Shown here piece after piece: positions 63,660-64,000 of a stretch of 64,000 nt of DNA. A program made the translations under genes and the position numbers. Source of the DNA: Thermoanaerobaculia bacterium (GTDB taxonomy: Bacteria; Acidobacteriota; Thermoanaerobaculia; Gp7-AA8); the NCBI GenBank assembly GCA_041671505.1, contig JBAZBK010000014.1, forward strand, positions 20,395-84,394. The letters are read 5' to 3'. Position 1 is the stretch's first letter, and each line of letters opens with the position of its first letter. The notes under the pieces were generated by a model, which saw nothing but the letters and a program-made list of their open reading frames with translations, was not told the origin of the DNA and ran no database searches.

Positions 63660-64000
63660 GCTGTCCGTCCCGTACGGGATCGTGATTCCTGTAGTGAGCG
63701 TCGGGAGCAGTGGAAGGGGAGGCTGCACCCGCCTGCACCGCGGAACCCGCGCCGCAGACGAAGGCGGGGATGTCGCGCGCCGGCATCGGCATCGCGAGAT
63801 GAAATCCCTGCCCGACCGTGCAGCCCGATGCGAAGAGTGATTCCGCCACGGTCGCGCTCGACACGCCTTCTCCGACCGTCGTGATGCCGAGCTCGCGCGC
63901 GAGTTTCGTCAGGGCCGCGACGATTCTCCGAGCGCGCGCGTCCGCCGGCATCGCTTCGACGAACGAGCGGTCGATCTTCACCTCGCAGATCTCGAAGTCG
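63637..64000 (-). CDS. EAL-domain (c-di-GMP phosphodiesterase-like) protein, C-terminal part; gene continues beyond window end
   Basis: Translation contains EAL-domain C-terminal motifs (KIDRSFV, GITTVGEGVSS, QGFHLAMPMP). The frame is open to position 64000. Confidence 0.65.
   Translation of the reverse strand, partial: DFEICEVKIDRSFVEAMPADARARRIVAALTKLARELGITTVGEGVSSATVAESLFASGCTVGQGFHLAMPMPARDIPAFVCGAGSAVQAGAASPSTAPDAHYRNHDPVRDGQHANEQTR

Overview
This is a high-GC (~68-70%) bacterial chromosomal window with dense coding on both strands. The gene content looks Acidobacteria-like (inference from content only): several Ser/Thr kinases fused to TolB-like beta-propellers, a tricorn-like S41 protease, two sigma-54 two-component systems and a CheD-containing chemotaxis cluster.

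About 55 genes are supportable:
- 1-8.2 kb: partial FAD oxidase, a BlaI/BlaR1-like pair, an amidohydrolase-TPR protein, a tricorn-type protease.
- 8.2-19.3 kb: acyl-CoA dehydrogenase, STK, methyltransferase, FHA/winged-helix regulator, a secreted JAB-like protein, a second STK, pilT.
- 19.3-30.4 kb: an NTF2-like secreted protein, a membrane/transport operon, a CYTH protein, an OprO/P-type porin with an NtrC-type HK/RR pair.
- 30.8-36.4 kb: a lysine-biosynthesis operon lysC-dapB-dapA-dapD-aminotransferase.
- 36.4-45.1 kb: an STK/alpha-beta-hydrolase/degenerate-cyclase fusion, FmdB, DUF547, methyltransferases, a VWA protein, a Doc/Fic toxin with a histone-H1-like tail.
- 45.3-56 kb: Lhr helicase, a class II cyclic-nucleotide phosphodiesterase, a GT2 glycosyltransferase, a second sigma-54 HK/RR pair.
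- 56-64 kb: a chemotaxis operon cheB-cheR-cheW-MCP-cheW-cheA-cheD-GAF-cheY-EAL.

No rRNA, tRNA or CRISPR is evident.

The most unusual signal is a family of at least eight intergenic cassettes with the layout [tandem AT-rich heptanucleotide array] - unique core of 55-175 bp - [reverse-complement heptamer array]. The heptamer differs between copies (TTGTTAG, GAATTGA, CAGTACT, CAAATGA, AGAGAAG/CACTCTT, GGCGAGG). They fill the whole intergenic spacers of the dap operon and the lhr/PDE/GT2 region. Some are nested, and in three cases they supply the last codons and the stop codon of the upstream gene.

Also present:
- Four copies plus a solo arm of a ~150-190 bp palindromic MITE-like element.
- A REP-like double-hairpin tandem.
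- A ~100 bp tandem duplication upstream of lysC.

Note: in some stretches (e.g. ~9.7-9.9 kb) my base counts and the ORF-track coordinates differ by 1 nt.
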